Origin: Alphaproteobacteria bacterium
GTDB taxonomy: Bacteria > Pseudomonadota > Alphaproteobacteria > CACIAM-22H2
NCBI GenBank assembly: GCA_036381615.1
Contig: DASVCL010000069.1
Coordinates: forward strand, 8,154 to 72,153
DNA: 64,000 bases
Direction of reading: 5' to 3'
Positions within the stretch are counted from its first letter, which is position 1. Each line of letters begins with the position of its first letter. Made by a program: the position numbers and the translations under genes. The notes under the pieces were generated by a model. The model did no database searches and was not told where the DNA came from. It saw only the letters and a list, made by a program, of their open reading frames with translations. Shown piece by piece: positions 1 to 9,793 of this stretch.

Positions 1-90
1 ACCTGCGGCAATGCTTTGGCGGCCCATCTTGCGGCGGGCGACGCGATCTCGCCCTCCGTCGTACTTGGCTTGCGGGCAAGACGATGTCGC

Positions 91-1578
91 CTACGGGATC
101 CAACGGCGAAATCGAAGGAGCGGACGTGGACGGCTGGGCGGATCCGCAGGCTTGTTGAGGTCCGTTGGCACCGTGCCGGCGCGCCGCGGCTCCAGCATTG
201 TCTGCCATTGCCGGAGACCTTCGCGCAGGACGTCGCCGAGCTGCGAAGCCTCAAGGAGTGAGGTTTTCAGCCGGCCGACAGCCAGCACGAGAAGCACGGC
301 ATCGGTGGCGGCGGCGACATGAAAGTTTGCGGCAGGCGGCACGTGCGTGAGCTGTCCGATCATCATGCCGGGCTCGATGGTGGCGCGCTCCATGCCCCGC
401 TCATCCCGAAGCACGAGAAGTCCCTCCGACACGATACCGACGTCCTCGCCGCTGCCGGCATCCGGCCGCAGCACCTCGCCGACGATAAGCATTCGCACGG
501 ACAGGGCGGAAGCAAGCTGGCTTATTACCTCGGTTGGTAAGGTCTGGAAGCCGGGAATGTGCGTGAGTGCCTCGACCGGTGCGGCCGCCGGAACGTGCGG
601 CCGTCGCCTGGGCCGTTCGATGACCACGTGATCGCGACTGGCTATGGAAAGGCCCGCCAGGCGCAGGTGCCGATCGATATTGGCAAGAACGGCATCGCGG
701 CAATCCGCATCATCGGCGAAGCTGGAAAGCCAGTATCGGACGAGATATCGGATGCCTCGGTCCGTGTAGGCGTCGACCTTGATGTCCGGTTTGGGATCGA
801 GACGAATGCATTTCGTTGCCATGACGGCGGCGAGCAGGATGCGTTTGGCGCGCGCTACCGGCAGGTCGAAGTCGAGCACGACGGCGAGTTGAGTGCGGAA
901 GTGCGGCTGCGGAGCGCTGTAGTTGGTGAGGCGCCCGACCGCCATCCGCCCGTTCGGTACGACGATATGAACCTGATTGCGGGTCTCGATGCGGGTTGCC
1001 CGCCAAGTGATGTCCACGACCCGGCCCGCGATTCCCGTATCGGCTTCGATCCAGTCGCCGATCCGGTACGGGCGTTCGATGCTCAGGGCAATGCCCGAGA
1101 ACAGGTCGCCGATGACGTTTCGAAGCGCGAATCCGACGATGGCAACCAGAATTCCGGACGTCGCCAGTGCACCTGCCATTGCGCTTTCCGACATGGTCGA
1201 AAGGATGACCATCGACGCCGCGATGAAAAGAATTGCCGTGATGAGTTGACGCAGAAGGCGTGACGGGTACCTGCCTCTGCGAACCATCACTTTCGCAACG
1301 ATCAGCCAGATGAGCCGGCTGGCGAGCCATGTCAGCGCAAGCAGGCCGGCCGCCATGACCGCGTGGTTTGCCCGGTCCGCAACTGGGTCCGGCAGCCCAA
1401 CTGCGGTCAGGCTTCGCGCGACGATGTCGGCCTCATATGCCAGGAGAAGGGCCGCGGCCGCGACGAGCGGTCGCAGAAGTCTTCGGAATGGATGAAGTTT
1501 CAGCAGTACACGAGGCGTCACGACACCCTGCATTATTGGAACAAGAGGAATCCGGACATGCGTCCGCCGTCGCGGCAA
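91..1578 (-). CDS. Mechanosensitive ion channel (MscS family) with a C-terminal cyclic-nucleotide-binding domain
   Basis: 495-aa ORF. The MscS core motif (GIALSIERPYRIGDWI...RVVDITWRATRIETRNQVHIVVPN) is followed by a cNMP-binding-like C-terminus. The start is not fixed and several in-frame Met are possible. Confidence 0.8.
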   Translation of the reverse strand: MPRRRTHVRIPLVPIMQGVVTPRVLLKLHPFRRLLRPLVAAAALLLAYEADIVARSLTAVGLPDPVADRANHAVMAAGLLALTWLASRLIWLIVAKVMVRRGRYPSRLLRQLITAILFIAASMVILSTMSESAMAGALATSGILVAIVGFALRNVIGDLFSGIALSIERPYRIGDWIEADTGIAGRVVDITWRATRIETRNQVHIVVPNGRMAVGRLTNYSAPQPHFRTQLAVVLDFDLPVARAKRILLAAVMATKCIRLDPKPDIKVDAYTDRGIRYLVRYWLSSFADDADCRDAVLANIDRHLRLAGLSIASRDHVVIERPRRRPHVPAAAPVEALTHIPGFQTLPTEVISQLASALSVRMLIVGEVLRPDAGSGEDVGIVSEGLLVLRDERGMERATIEPGMMIGQLTHVPPAANFHVAAATDAVLLVLAVGRLKTSLLEASQLGDVLREGLRQWQTMLEPRRAGTVPTDLNKPADPPSRPRPLLRFRRWIP

Positions 1579-1873
1579 CGCCGTTTCATCCGCGTTGGTC
1601 GTATTCGGCGCAGGGCTTGCGAAGCCGGGCGCCGCACGGCGTGTGCCGGTCGTGGCGGAAGGAAAATGTGGGCCGGGTCAGGCCCGGCGGTGCATGTTCA
1701 CCCGTCGCGCGCGACGATGGCGCGGCGGGGCGGCAAATCCGGTTTGATGCAACCGGCCCCGTCTATGGTCCAATGCCGCGAAGCCGGAGCGGCAGTGGCT
1801 GGAAATCCGTGCATGGCACCTAATATATGGTCAAGATTCCACTGGTTCAATGTAGGCCCGCTCGGGGTGCGTT

Positions 1874-2284
1874 ATGTCCGGACCTATTCTGGTAACCGAC
1901 CGCGATAAGGCGCGGCTGAGCGAAATCGTCGAACTGTTCTCGACGAAGCGTTACGACGTGCTCGTCGAGTTTCTTCGCCGTGAACTCGGACGTGCGAAGG
2001 TCATCGCGCCGGAACGCGTGCCAAGACACGTCGCGACAATGCATTCGCGCGTTCGCTATCGCGACGACACGACCGGTGACGTGCTGGCGGCCACGCTCGT
2101 GTATCCGGGCGAGGAGGACGATCTGCTCGGCCGCATCTCGATCCTGAGTTCGTTGGGAACTGCGCTGCTCGGGCTCTCCGAGGGGCAGTCCATCGCGTGG
2201 ACGAGCCTCGACGGGCGTCGGCGACGCGTGACGCTGCTGGAGGTCGTGTATCAGCCCGAGGCGGCGGGCCGTTTCGAGTCCTGA
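1874..2284 (+). CDS. rnk: Nucleoside diphosphate kinase regulator Rnk (GreA/GreB-like domain)
   Basis: 136 aa. The N-terminal region (VTDRDKARLSEIVE) and the GreA/B C-terminal-like domain (TLVYPGEEDDLLGRISILSSLGTALLGLSEGQSIAW) match Rnk family members. Confidence 0.8.
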   Translation: MSGPILVTDRDKARLSEIVELFSTKRYDVLVEFLRRELGRAKVIAPERVPRHVATMHSRVRYRDDTTGDVLAATLVYPGEEDDLLGRISILSSLGTALLGLSEGQSIAWTSLDGRRRRVTLLEVVYQPEAAGRFES

Positions 2285-2305
2285 TGGTCGGGGAGGGGGT
2301 GACCG

Positions 2306-2524
2306 ATGGCGAAGGACGGTGTCGAAATCGGCGACATCTTCGTGAGGCTCGGCGAGCCGAAGGCGCGGGCATGGCGCGTCGAGCACATCTTCGAACTGCC
2401 GGAAGGGACGCACGCGCGGCTGGTTCGGTTGGACGACCCTTCGCGGATGATCACGCTGGCGGCGAACGCCGTTCTCGATCCGCGTCTCATGACCTGGATA
2501 GGCCGCGCGGACGACGGCGGCTGA
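2306..2524 (+). CDS. Small hypothetical protein (72 aa) co-oriented directly after rnk
   Basis: The ATG is preceded by a GGGGAGGGGG RBS at about 6 nt. Third-position GC is high, consistent with coding. I do not recognise the family. Confidence 0.5.
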   Translation: MAKDGVEIGDIFVRLGEPKARAWRVEHIFELPEGTHARLVRLDDPSRMITLAANAVLDPRLMTWIGRADDGG

Positions 2525-2543
2525 AGGTCCGGCGGCGACTTGG

Positions 2544-2672
2544 CTACGCGCACCAGATGTTGCCGAGATCCATCAGGATCGCAGGACCTCGCACCGCCCA
2601 CAGATGGACCACGCCCAGCAGCAGCGCCGCGGCCGCGCCGATCAGCGTCAGGCGCAGGCCGCCGTTCCTCAT
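2544..2672 (-). CDS. Small hydrophobic single-TM peptide (42 aa) translationally coupled to the upstream MFS transporter
   Basis: Its ATG overlaps the MFS stop codon as ATGA (MRNGGLRLTLIGAAAALLLGVVHLWAVRGPAILMDLGNIWCA). GC3 is high. It lies inside the 74-aa track ORF 2544..2768. Confidence 0.4.
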   Translation of the reverse strand: MRNGGLRLTLIGAAAALLLGVVHLWAVRGPAILMDLGNIWCA

Positions 2673-3871
2673 GCGGCACCCGCCTGCGCGAGCCGCGAGA
2701 CGGGCCGCTCGCGGATCGGCCAGTGGAGCGCCGCCGCCGCGAGGCCGAGCGCGACGCACAGCCACCACATCATGTCATAGGACCCGGTGACGTCGTAGGC
2801 GTAGCCGCCCAGCCATGCGCCGAAGAAGCTGCCGACCTGATGGCTGAAGAAGACGATGCCGTAGAGCATCGACATGTAGGCGGGGCCGAAGATGTAGGCG
2901 ATGAGTCCGCTCGTCAGCGGCACGGTGCCGAGCCACAACAGGCCGAGCGCGGCGCCGAACGCAAGCACGCTCCACTCGGACATCGGCAGGATGATGAACA
3001 GCAGGAAGACGAGCGAGCGCAGGGCATAGACCAGGCTCAGCAGGTTCTTCTTGCTGTAGCGGCCGCCCAGCACGCCGCAGCCATAGGACCCGACGATGTT
3101 GAACAGGCCGACCAGCGCCAGCGTCCACGCCCCGACCCAGGTCGGCAGGCCGCGGTCGGCGAGGGAGGCCGGCAGGTGCGTGGCCACGAACACGAGCTGG
3201 AAGCCGCAGACGAAGAACCCGGCCGTGAGCAGCCAGAACCCGCGATGGCGGAAGGCCTCGGCGAGCGATTCGCGCAGCGTCTGCCCGCCGGCGTTCGGTC
3301 CTGCGCCCGGCGCGCTTGCGGCTCCCCGGCTCAGCGGCAGCATCAGCATCGCCGTCGCCGCGAGGCCGAACAGCGCCGCCGACCAGCCGAGGGATTCGAG
3401 CAGGACGTGCGCGTACGGCACCATCGCGAATTGCCCGAACGACCCGCCGGCCGTGATGATGCCGAGCGCCGCGCTGCGCTTGTCCGGCGGGGCGGCGCGG
3501 CCGATCGCGCCGAGCACGACGGAGAATCCGGCACCGCTCAGCGCCAGCCCGACCAGGACGTTGCCGAGCACGATCTCGGCGCCGCTGCCGGCCATGCCCA
3601 TGACGGCAAGCCCCGCCACATAGCACAGGGCGCCGGCGCCGATGACGCGGCCGGCCCCGAACTTGTCGGCGATGGCGCCGGCGAACGGCGAAGCCGCGCC
3701 CCACAGCAGGTTCTGGAGCGCGATGCCCAGTCCGAACAGTTCGCGGCTGATGCCCAGGTCGAGGTTGATCGGCTTCAGGAACAGGCCGAAGGTCGCCCGC
3801 AGGCCCGTGGCGAGGGTCAGTACCAGGGCGCCGCATGCCACCGCGATCCAGAAACGCCGTTGCACCGTCAT
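2669..3871 (-). CDS. MFS transporter
   Basis: A 12-TM-like hydrophobic profile with MFS motifs. Start chosen at MTVQRRFWIAVACGALVL rather than the track start at 4018. Confidence 0.85.
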   Translation of the reverse strand: MTVQRRFWIAVACGALVLTLATGLRATFGLFLKPINLDLGISRELFGLGIALQNLLWGAASPFAGAIADKFGAGRVIGAGALCYVAGLAVMGMAGSGAEIVLGNVLVGLALSGAGFSVVLGAIGRAAPPDKRSAALGIITAGGSFGQFAMVPYAHVLLESLGWSAALFGLAATAMLMLPLSRGAASAPGAGPNAGGQTLRESLAEAFRHRGFWLLTAGFFVCGFQLVFVATHLPASLADRGLPTWVGAWTLALVGLFNIVGSYGCGVLGGRYSKKNLLSLVYALRSLVFLLFIILPMSEWSVLAFGAALGLLWLGTVPLTSGLIAYIFGPAYMSMLYGIVFFSHQVGSFFGAWLGGYAYDVTGSYDMMWWLCVALGLAAAALHWPIRERPVSRLAQAGAA

Positions 3872-4089
3872 GTGCCGCCTCTTGCCCGGGGTCGAGGCAA
3901 CGATCTTGCGCTGTCCGCGGTAACGGCCGCAAGTCGGCCGGCATTGGCGCCGGCGCGGGCCCACCATGCCGGATATGCATGCCGGAAGGGGGTATTGGCC
4001 GCCCCGTCGGGAGGACAAACCGCCGCGGTTGATAATTCGACCGGAGCCTTTAAAAGAGGGCCCCTCAATCGTTCAGGGAGCACCCGCCA

Positions 4090-4989
4090 ATGGCCCAGCC
4101 CGTTCCGCCCGGCACACCTCCAGTTCTCGGCATCATCGGCGGGAGCGGCGTATACGAGATCGGCGGCCTGACCAATGTCCGGTGGGAGCGCGTCCTGACG
4201 CCCTGGGGCGAGCCGTCCGACGACCTGATGTTCGGCGAGCTCGACGGGCAGCGGCTGGTGTTCCTGCCGCGCCACGGTCGCGGCCATCGCATTCCGCCGT
4301 CGCAGCTGAATTACCGCGCCAACATCGATGCGCTGAAACGGGCCGGCGTCACCGAGATCATTTCCGTGAGCGCCGTCGGCAGCCTGCGCGAGGAGCTGGC
4401 GCCCGGAACCTTCGTCATCGTCGACCAGTTCATCGACCGCACCTTCGCCCGGGTGAAGAGCTTTTTCGACACGGGCTGCGTCGCGCACGTGTCGATGGCC
4501 CATCCGGTGTGCAGCCGCCTCGGCGACCACATCGAGGCCGCCGCGCGCGAGCTCGCTCTGCCGATCCGGCGCGGCGGCACGTATCTGGTCATGGAGGGGC
4601 CGCAATTCTCGACGAAGGCCGAATCGAACCTTTACCGCAGCTGGGGCTGCGACGTGATCGGCATGACCAACATGCCCGAGGCGAAGCTCGCCCGTGAGGC
4701 CGAGATGTGCTACGCGACCGTCGCGATGGTGACGGATTATGACTGCTGGCATCCCGATCACGACCACGTCACCGTCGACGCCGTCGTCAAGGTTCTCCTC
4801 GAGAACGCCGAGAAGGCCCGCGCGCTGGTCAAGCAGGTCGCGCCGAAGATCGGCGGACGCACGCATTCGTGCACGGCCGGCTGCCACACGGCGCTCGACC
4901 ACGCGATCATCACGGCGTCCGCGGCGCGGGATCCGGGCCTCGTCCGAAGGCTCGACGCCGTTGCCGGGCGCGTGCTGAACCGTGCGTGA
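4090..4989 (+). CDS. mtnP: S-methyl-5'-thioadenosine phosphorylase
   Basis: 299 aa. The GIIGGSGVYE, LPRHGRGHRIPPS, VSAVGSLREE and MTNMPEAKLAREAEMCYA segments match MTAP/MtnP family members. Confidence 0.9.
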   Translation: MAQPVPPGTPPVLGIIGGSGVYEIGGLTNVRWERVLTPWGEPSDDLMFGELDGQRLVFLPRHGRGHRIPPSQLNYRANIDALKRAGVTEIISVSAVGSLREELAPGTFVIVDQFIDRTFARVKSFFDTGCVAHVSMAHPVCSRLGDHIEAAARELALPIRRGGTYLVMEGPQFSTKAESNLYRSWGCDVIGMTNMPEAKLAREAEMCYATVAMVTDYDCWHPDHDHVTVDAVVKVLLENAEKARALVKQVAPKIGGRTHSCTAGCHTALDHAIITASAARDPGLVRRLDAVAGRVLNRA

Positions 4990-5108
4990 TTTGGGGATGC
5001 GGGAACGGTAAGCAGTCGGATGGCGCGTTATAGGTACTCGTCCGTCGGCCGGGGCGGGGACGAAGCCCGGCTCACGTGGTTCCAGGCGCCAACACGAGGA
5101 TCGACGAC

Positions 5109-7163
5109 ATGAAGAATCTCTGGTCCGACAAGGACGCCGAAGCCGCCGTCGAGAAATACGCGAAGCAGGGCGTCAACCGCGATCTCGCGCTGCGTACCTA
5201 CACGACGCGGCTGCTCGGCGGCGTGCCCGAGCTCGTGCTGCACGGCGGCGGCAACACCTCGGTCAAGACGCACATGAAGGACACGCTCGGCGAAGACGTC
5301 GAGGTGCTGTGCGTCAAGGGCAGCGGCTGGGACATGGCCGTCATCGAACCGCAGGGGCTGCCTGCCGTGCGGCTGGAGCCGCTGCGCAAGCTCTACGCGC
5401 TCGACCGGCTCAGCGACGAGGACATGGTCAATTTCCAGCGCTGCAACCTGCTCGACGCGGCGGCGCCGAATCCCTCGGTCGAGACGCTGTTCCATGCCTT
5501 CCTGCCGCACAAATTCATCGACCACACGCACGCCAATGCGGTGCTGGCGCTGAGCGATCAGCCCAACGGGGCCGAACTGTGCCGCGAGGTCTATGGCGAC
5601 CGGGTCGCGATCGTCGACTACGTCATGCCCGGCTTCGCGCTCGCCAAGATGGCGGCCGAGGCGCAGAAGAAGATGCCGCAGGCCGAGGGCCTGATCCTGC
5701 TCAAGCACGGCATCTTCAGTTGGGGCGACACCGCGAAGGAAGCCTACGACCGCATGATCGAGCTGGTCAGCCTCGCCGAGGCGCGGCTGTGCCAGGGCCG
5801 GCGCAGCGTGTTCGCGCTCGGCGCGCTGCCGGCACGGCTCGCGACGCCGGCGGAGGTCGCGCCGATCCTGCGCGGCCTCGCGGCGATTCCCGTCGACGCC
5901 GACGACGGCATCTACCGCCGCTTCGTCATGGAGTTCCGGACGAACCCGCAGATCCTCAATTTCGTCAACGGCGCCGACCTCCCGCGCTACAGCCAGGCGG
6001 GCACCATCACGCCGGATCACGTCATCCGCACCAAACCCAATCCGCTGATCGTGCCGGCGCCCGAGGCGGGCAGGCTGGATGCTTTCGCCACCGCTGCGAA
6101 GCAGGCCTTCGCCGACTACGCGGCGGCGTACAAGGCGTATTTCGAACGCAACAACGCGCGCGTCGGCGGCATCAAGAAGATGCTCGACACCGTGCCGCGC
6201 GTCATTCTCGTACCGGGACTCGGCCTGTTCGCGCTGGGCAATTCGGCCAAGGACGCGAAGATCGCGGCCGACGTCTATGAGAACGCGGTGGCGACCATCA
6301 CCGATGCCGAGGCGATCGGCCGATTCGAAAGCATCTCCGAGGCCGACCTGTTCGACGTCGAATACTGGTCGCTGGAGCAGGCGAAGCTCGGCAAGGGTGT
6401 CGAGAAGCCGCTCGCCCGCCACATCGTCCTCGTGACGGGCGGCGGCAGCGGCATCGGTGCGGCCACGGCGGCCGCTTTCGCCGCGCAAGGCGCCGAGGTC
6501 GTCGTGCTCGACCGCGACGAGGCGGCCGCGCAGGCGGTCGCGAAAAAGTTCGGCGGGCTCGGCATCCGCTGCGACGTCACTGATCCGGACGACGTGCGCG
6601 CCGCGTTCGACCGGGCGGCATCGCGTTTCGGCGGTATCGACATCGTGGTGTCGAACGCCGGCGCCGCCTGGCAGGGCCGCATCGGTGACGTCGAGGACAG
6701 GGTCCTGCGCGAAAGCTTCGAGCTCAACTTCTTCGCGCACCAGACGGTGGCGCAGAACGCGGTGCGGGTGATGCGCGCGCAGAAGACCGGTGGCTGTCTC
6801 CTGTTCAACGTGTCGAAGCAGGCGGTCAATCCGGGGCCGGATTTCGGGCCCTACGGCCTGCCCAAGGCAGCGACGATGTTCCTCGTCCGGCAGTACGCGG
6901 TCGACCATGGGCGCGACGGCATCCGCGCCAATGCCGTAAACGCCGACCGCGTACGCACGGGCCTGCTGACCGGGGACATGATCGCATCGCGCGCCAAGGC
7001 GCGTGGGGTCAGCGAGAAGGAATACATGGGCGGCAATCTGCTCGGCCGCGAGGTGAAGGCCGAGGACGTGGCCCAGGCCTTCGTGTCGCTCGCGCTCGCC
7101 AACAAGACCACGGGCGCGGTTCTCACCGTCGATGGCGGCAACATCGCGGCAGCGCTGCGATAG
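5109..7163 (+). CDS. Bifunctional class II aldolase / short-chain dehydrogenase (rhamnulose-1-phosphate aldolase/SDR fusion family)
   Basis: An N-terminal class II aldolase/adducin domain is fused to a C-terminal SDR domain (TGGGSGIGAATAAAFAAQGAEVVVLDRD...NAG). Start at MKNLW with an ACGAGGA RBS. Confidence 0.85.
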   Translation: MKNLWSDKDAEAAVEKYAKQGVNRDLALRTYTTRLLGGVPELVLHGGGNTSVKTHMKDTLGEDVEVLCVKGSGWDMAVIEPQGLPAVRLEPLRKLYALDRLSDEDMVNFQRCNLLDAAAPNPSVETLFHAFLPHKFIDHTHANAVLALSDQPNGAELCREVYGDRVAIVDYVMPGFALAKMAAEAQKKMPQAEGLILLKHGIFSWGDTAKEAYDRMIELVSLAEARLCQGRRSVFALGALPARLATPAEVAPILRGLAAIPVDADDGIYRRFVMEFRTNPQILNFVNGADLPRYSQAGTITPDHVIRTKPNPLIVPAPEAGRLDAFATAAKQAFADYAAAYKAYFERNNARVGGIKKMLDTVPRVILVPGLGLFALGNSAKDAKIAADVYENAVATITDAEAIGRFESISEADLFDVEYWSLEQAKLGKGVEKPLARHIVLVTGGGSGIGAATAAAFAAQGAEVVVLDRDEAAAQAVAKKFGGLGIRCDVTDPDDVRAAFDRAASRFGGIDIVVSNAGAAWQGRIGDVEDRVLRESFELNFFAHQTVAQNAVRVMRAQKTGGCLLFNVSKQAVNPGPDFGPYGLPKAATMFLVRQYAVDHGRDGIRANAVNADRVRTGLLTGDMIASRAKARGVSEKEYMGGNLLGREVKAEDVAQAFVSLALANKTTGAVLTVDGGNIAAALR

Positions 7164-7226
7164 GGCGCGGGCCGGCCGGTTCGTGCCGGCGGCGCCGCAC
7201 CGCGGCGTCTTGACGATGGATACGGC

Positions 7227-7712
7227 GTGACCATGGCAGTGCGCTGGATCAAACCGCTCTACGGGATCACCGGCCGGCCCGTGCTCAGCGCGACCCGTGC
7301 CGCGCGCAAGCGTCTTCTGGAAATCGGCGCCGAGCTCGCGGGCACCGACGACTGTGTTGCGATCTACGTACCGGAGAAGGCGCGCGGCTTCGGCGACGAA
7401 GCTTATCGCGGGCGCGTCGCCGGGGCGATGTGGCTGCTGCCGATGCCGGCCGGCCGCACGATCGACGATCACGGTTTCCGCGACATCGACGGTACGCTAC
7501 GCTGGCCGATCGGCTGGCCGGTCGATGTCGCCCGCACGCGCAAGCTTGCCCCCGATGCGGCGCCCGCGCTGCGGCCGCTCGTGATCGAGCTGGCCGGCGC
7601 GGCGGCATGGCGTGCGCTGTCCGCGTCCTTTCAGGGCGGCGCGCCGGCACGCCTCGACGGTGCCCTGGCGCCGCTGGCAAGCCGGCTCGATGCGATCTTC
7701 GCGGGAGGGTGA
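7227..7712 (+). CDS. Hypothetical protein (about 160 aa)
   Basis: Its stop lies 7 nt before the VOC gene start. A GGGAGGG RBS for the downstream gene sits inside its 3' end. The family is not recognised. The start may be GTG 7227 or ATG 7233. Confidence 0.5.
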   Translation: MTMAVRWIKPLYGITGRPVLSATRAARKRLLEIGAELAGTDDCVAIYVPEKARGFGDEAYRGRVAGAMWLLPMPAGRTIDDHGFRDIDGTLRWPIGWPVDVARTRKLAPDAAPALRPLVIELAGAAAWRALSASFQGGAPARLDGALAPLASRLDAIFAGG

Positions 7713-7718
7713 GTTTCG

Positions 7719-8573
7719 ATGCGGGCGGTCACAGGCATCGATCATTCGATCGTCGGCGTGCGCGACCTCGAGGCCGCGCGCGCGGCGTATGCGCGCCTCG
7801 GCTTCACGCTCACGCCGCGCGGGCGGCATGTCGGCTGGGGCACGGCCAATTACTGCATCATGTTTCCGCACGATTACGTCGAGCTGCTCGGCATCGTCGA
7901 TCCGACGCAGTTCACCAACGATCTCGACCGGTTCCTCGCACGCCGCGAGGGCCTGCTCGGCTTCGCGTTCGGAACCGATGATGCCGACGCGGCGGCGCGC
8001 GAACTCGCCGCTGCCGGCCTCGAGCCCGATGGCCCGAAGGATCTCGGTCGCCTGCTCGAGCTGCCCGAGGGCGACGTCATGCCGCGGTTCAAGCTCGTGA
8101 TGCTGCCGCCGCGCAGCACGCCCGGCGTCTCGGCGTTCGTGTGTCAGCATCTGACGCCCGATCTCATCCGCCGGCCGGCGTGGCTCCGGCATGCGAACGG
8201 CGCGGTCGGCCTCGTCGGCCTGACGGCGGTGGTCGACGATCCGCCGGGGCTGGTCGATGCCTACGAGCGGCTTTGCGGCGCCGGCGCGGCGACGTTGACC
8301 GACGACACGCTCGCCGTCCATGTCGGGCGCTCGTTCATCGCCTTTGCCCGGCCCGACGACCTGCCGCTGCTGCACCCGGACGTCGACCTGCCTGTTGCCG
8401 ACCCGCCCTATCTCGCGGCGATGACGATCGCCGTCGCCGATCTCGAGGCGACGCGCGAGCTGCTCGAGGACAACGGCTTCGACGTCGCCGTCGACAGCAC
8501 CGGAATCCTCCGCCTCGGCGCCGACGCCGGGTGCGGCACGATCCTGGAATTCAGGCAGGTCGCACCTCGCTAG
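7719..8573 (+). CDS. VOC (glyoxalase/bleomycin-resistance/dioxygenase) family protein, two-domain
   Basis: 284 aa with two VOC-like repeats (HSIVGVRDLEAARAAYARLGFTL... and IAVADLEATRELLEDNGFDV). Confidence 0.75.
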   Translation: MRAVTGIDHSIVGVRDLEAARAAYARLGFTLTPRGRHVGWGTANYCIMFPHDYVELLGIVDPTQFTNDLDRFLARREGLLGFAFGTDDADAAARELAAAGLEPDGPKDLGRLLELPEGDVMPRFKLVMLPPRSTPGVSAFVCQHLTPDLIRRPAWLRHANGAVGLVGLTAVVDDPPGLVDAYERLCGAGAATLTDDTLAVHVGRSFIAFARPDDLPLLHPDVDLPVADPPYLAAMTIAVADLEATRELLEDNGFDVAVDSTGILRLGADAGCGTILEFRQVAPR

Positions 8574-8799
8574 CGTCCGCGCAAAAGTCCCGGACTCGAC
8601 CCTGAGGTCACGGGCGCCGGCATCGGGAGAGGGGCCGGCCGGCTCCGCGTGGCATTCCGGCATCGCGGAACCCGATCCGGTCCTACGCATATTTGAAAGG
8701 AGCGGTGTGCAGCCGCAGCCAAGCGTGCTCGCTGCGGCAAGCTTGACCTGATGCGGCAGCCGAGTGTGCCTCAGCCTTGCCGCTTCGCCGGATTCGAGC

Positions 8800-9732
8800 A
8801 TGACGGACCAGCGCCGCATCGTTGTCTTTGGCGGTTCCGGCTTCATCGGTCGGCACGTGGTTGAACGGCTGCGGCTTGACGGCTGGCGTGTCCGCGTGGC
8901 GGCGCGGCACCCCGAGCGGCTCGCTTTCGCCATGTCGAAGGACGGCGGCGATCGGGTCGAGGCCGTTCGTGCGGATATCGCCGGCGATCCCGCGGCGGTG
9001 GAGGCGGCCGTCGACGGTGCCGAGGCGGTCGCCAATCTCGTCGGCATACTCTACGAGCGCGGCCGGCAAAGCTTCGAGCGCATCCATGTCGACGCGGCGG
9101 GCCGCCTTGGCATGATCGCAGCGGCGGCTGGGGCGCGTCGTTTCATTCACATCTCTGCGCTCGGTGCCGCCGCGACGTCGCCATCCGCTTACGCGCGCTC
9201 GAAGGCCACCGGTGAGATCGTGGTTCGCCGGACGTTTCCGCCGGCGACCATATTCCGGCCGTCGATCGTGATCGGGCCGGGCGACCATTTCTTCAATCGC
9301 TTTGCACGGATGGCGCGTTATTCGCCGGCCCTGCCGTTGATCGGCGGCGGGAACACCAGGTTTCAGCCGGTCTATGTCGGCGATGTCGCCGCCGCACTTG
9401 CGACCGCATTGAGAGATCCGGCGACGCAGGGGCGGAACTACGAGCTTGTCGGCCCAAGGACGTACACGTTCCGCGAACTCATGATGCTGATGCTGGTGGA
9501 GACGCATCGCACCCGCCTGCTCGTATCGCTGCCGTTCCCGATCGCGCGCATGGAGGCAGGACTGCTCGAGCTGCTGCCGAGGCCGCCGCTCACCCGCGAT
9601 CAGGTGAAGCAGCTCGCGCGCGACAACATTGCCACACCCGAGGCGCCCGGAATGCGCGACCTGGGCCTTGTGCAGACGCCGATCGAATCGGTTCTCTCGG
9701 CCTATCTGGCGTCCGCGCCGCCAGCCTTATGA
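8800..9732 (+). CDS. NAD(P)H-binding protein, complex I NDUFA9 subunit-like (NmrA/SDR-atypical)
   Basis: Rossmann motif VVFGGSGFIGRHVVERL. The overall sequence is similar to the NDUFA9-like family. Start at MTDQRRIVVF. Confidence 0.8.
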   Translation: MTDQRRIVVFGGSGFIGRHVVERLRLDGWRVRVAARHPERLAFAMSKDGGDRVEAVRADIAGDPAAVEAAVDGAEAVANLVGILYERGRQSFERIHVDAAGRLGMIAAAAGARRFIHISALGAAATSPSAYARSKATGEIVVRRTFPPATIFRPSIVIGPGDHFFNRFARMARYSPALPLIGGGNTRFQPVYVGDVAAALATALRDPATQGRNYELVGPRTYTFRELMMLMLVETHRTRLLVSLPFPIARMEAGLLELLPRPPLTRDQVKQLARDNIATPEAPGMRDLGLVQTPIESVLSAYLASAPPAL

Positions 9733-9793
9733 CACGGGGCAACACGTTGAGCGACCGGCCGGAATCGATTTGGTCCGGCGCCCGTATCCCGCG

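Noticed and set aside
1815-1835. TGGCAC...-type sigma-54 promoter look-alike upstream of rnk.
   Set aside because: The -12 GC element is absent at the required 10-nt spacing from the -24 GG.
3950-3985. Direct repeat CATGCCGG-atatg-CATGCCGG in the MFS/mtnP divergent spacer.
   Set aside because: It is short (8 bp) and GC-rich. Its chance occurrence in a 68% GC genome is not negligible, and there is no supporting context.
2540-4171. 543-aa plus-strand ORF, and similar long ORFs at 5028..7472(-), 7497..9047(-), 41345..44020(-), 44412..46982(-), 46907..49072(-), 55612..57153(-), 57154..58530(-) and 58541..60052(-).
   Set aside because: Each lies antisense to a confidently recognised protein-family gene (MFS, aldolase/SDR, VOC, ahpCD/aatA, ABC, EF-G-like, dctPQM and so on). 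The predicted proteins are Arg/Ala/Pro-rich low-complexity sequences typical of GC-driven spurious ORFs in high-GC genomes.
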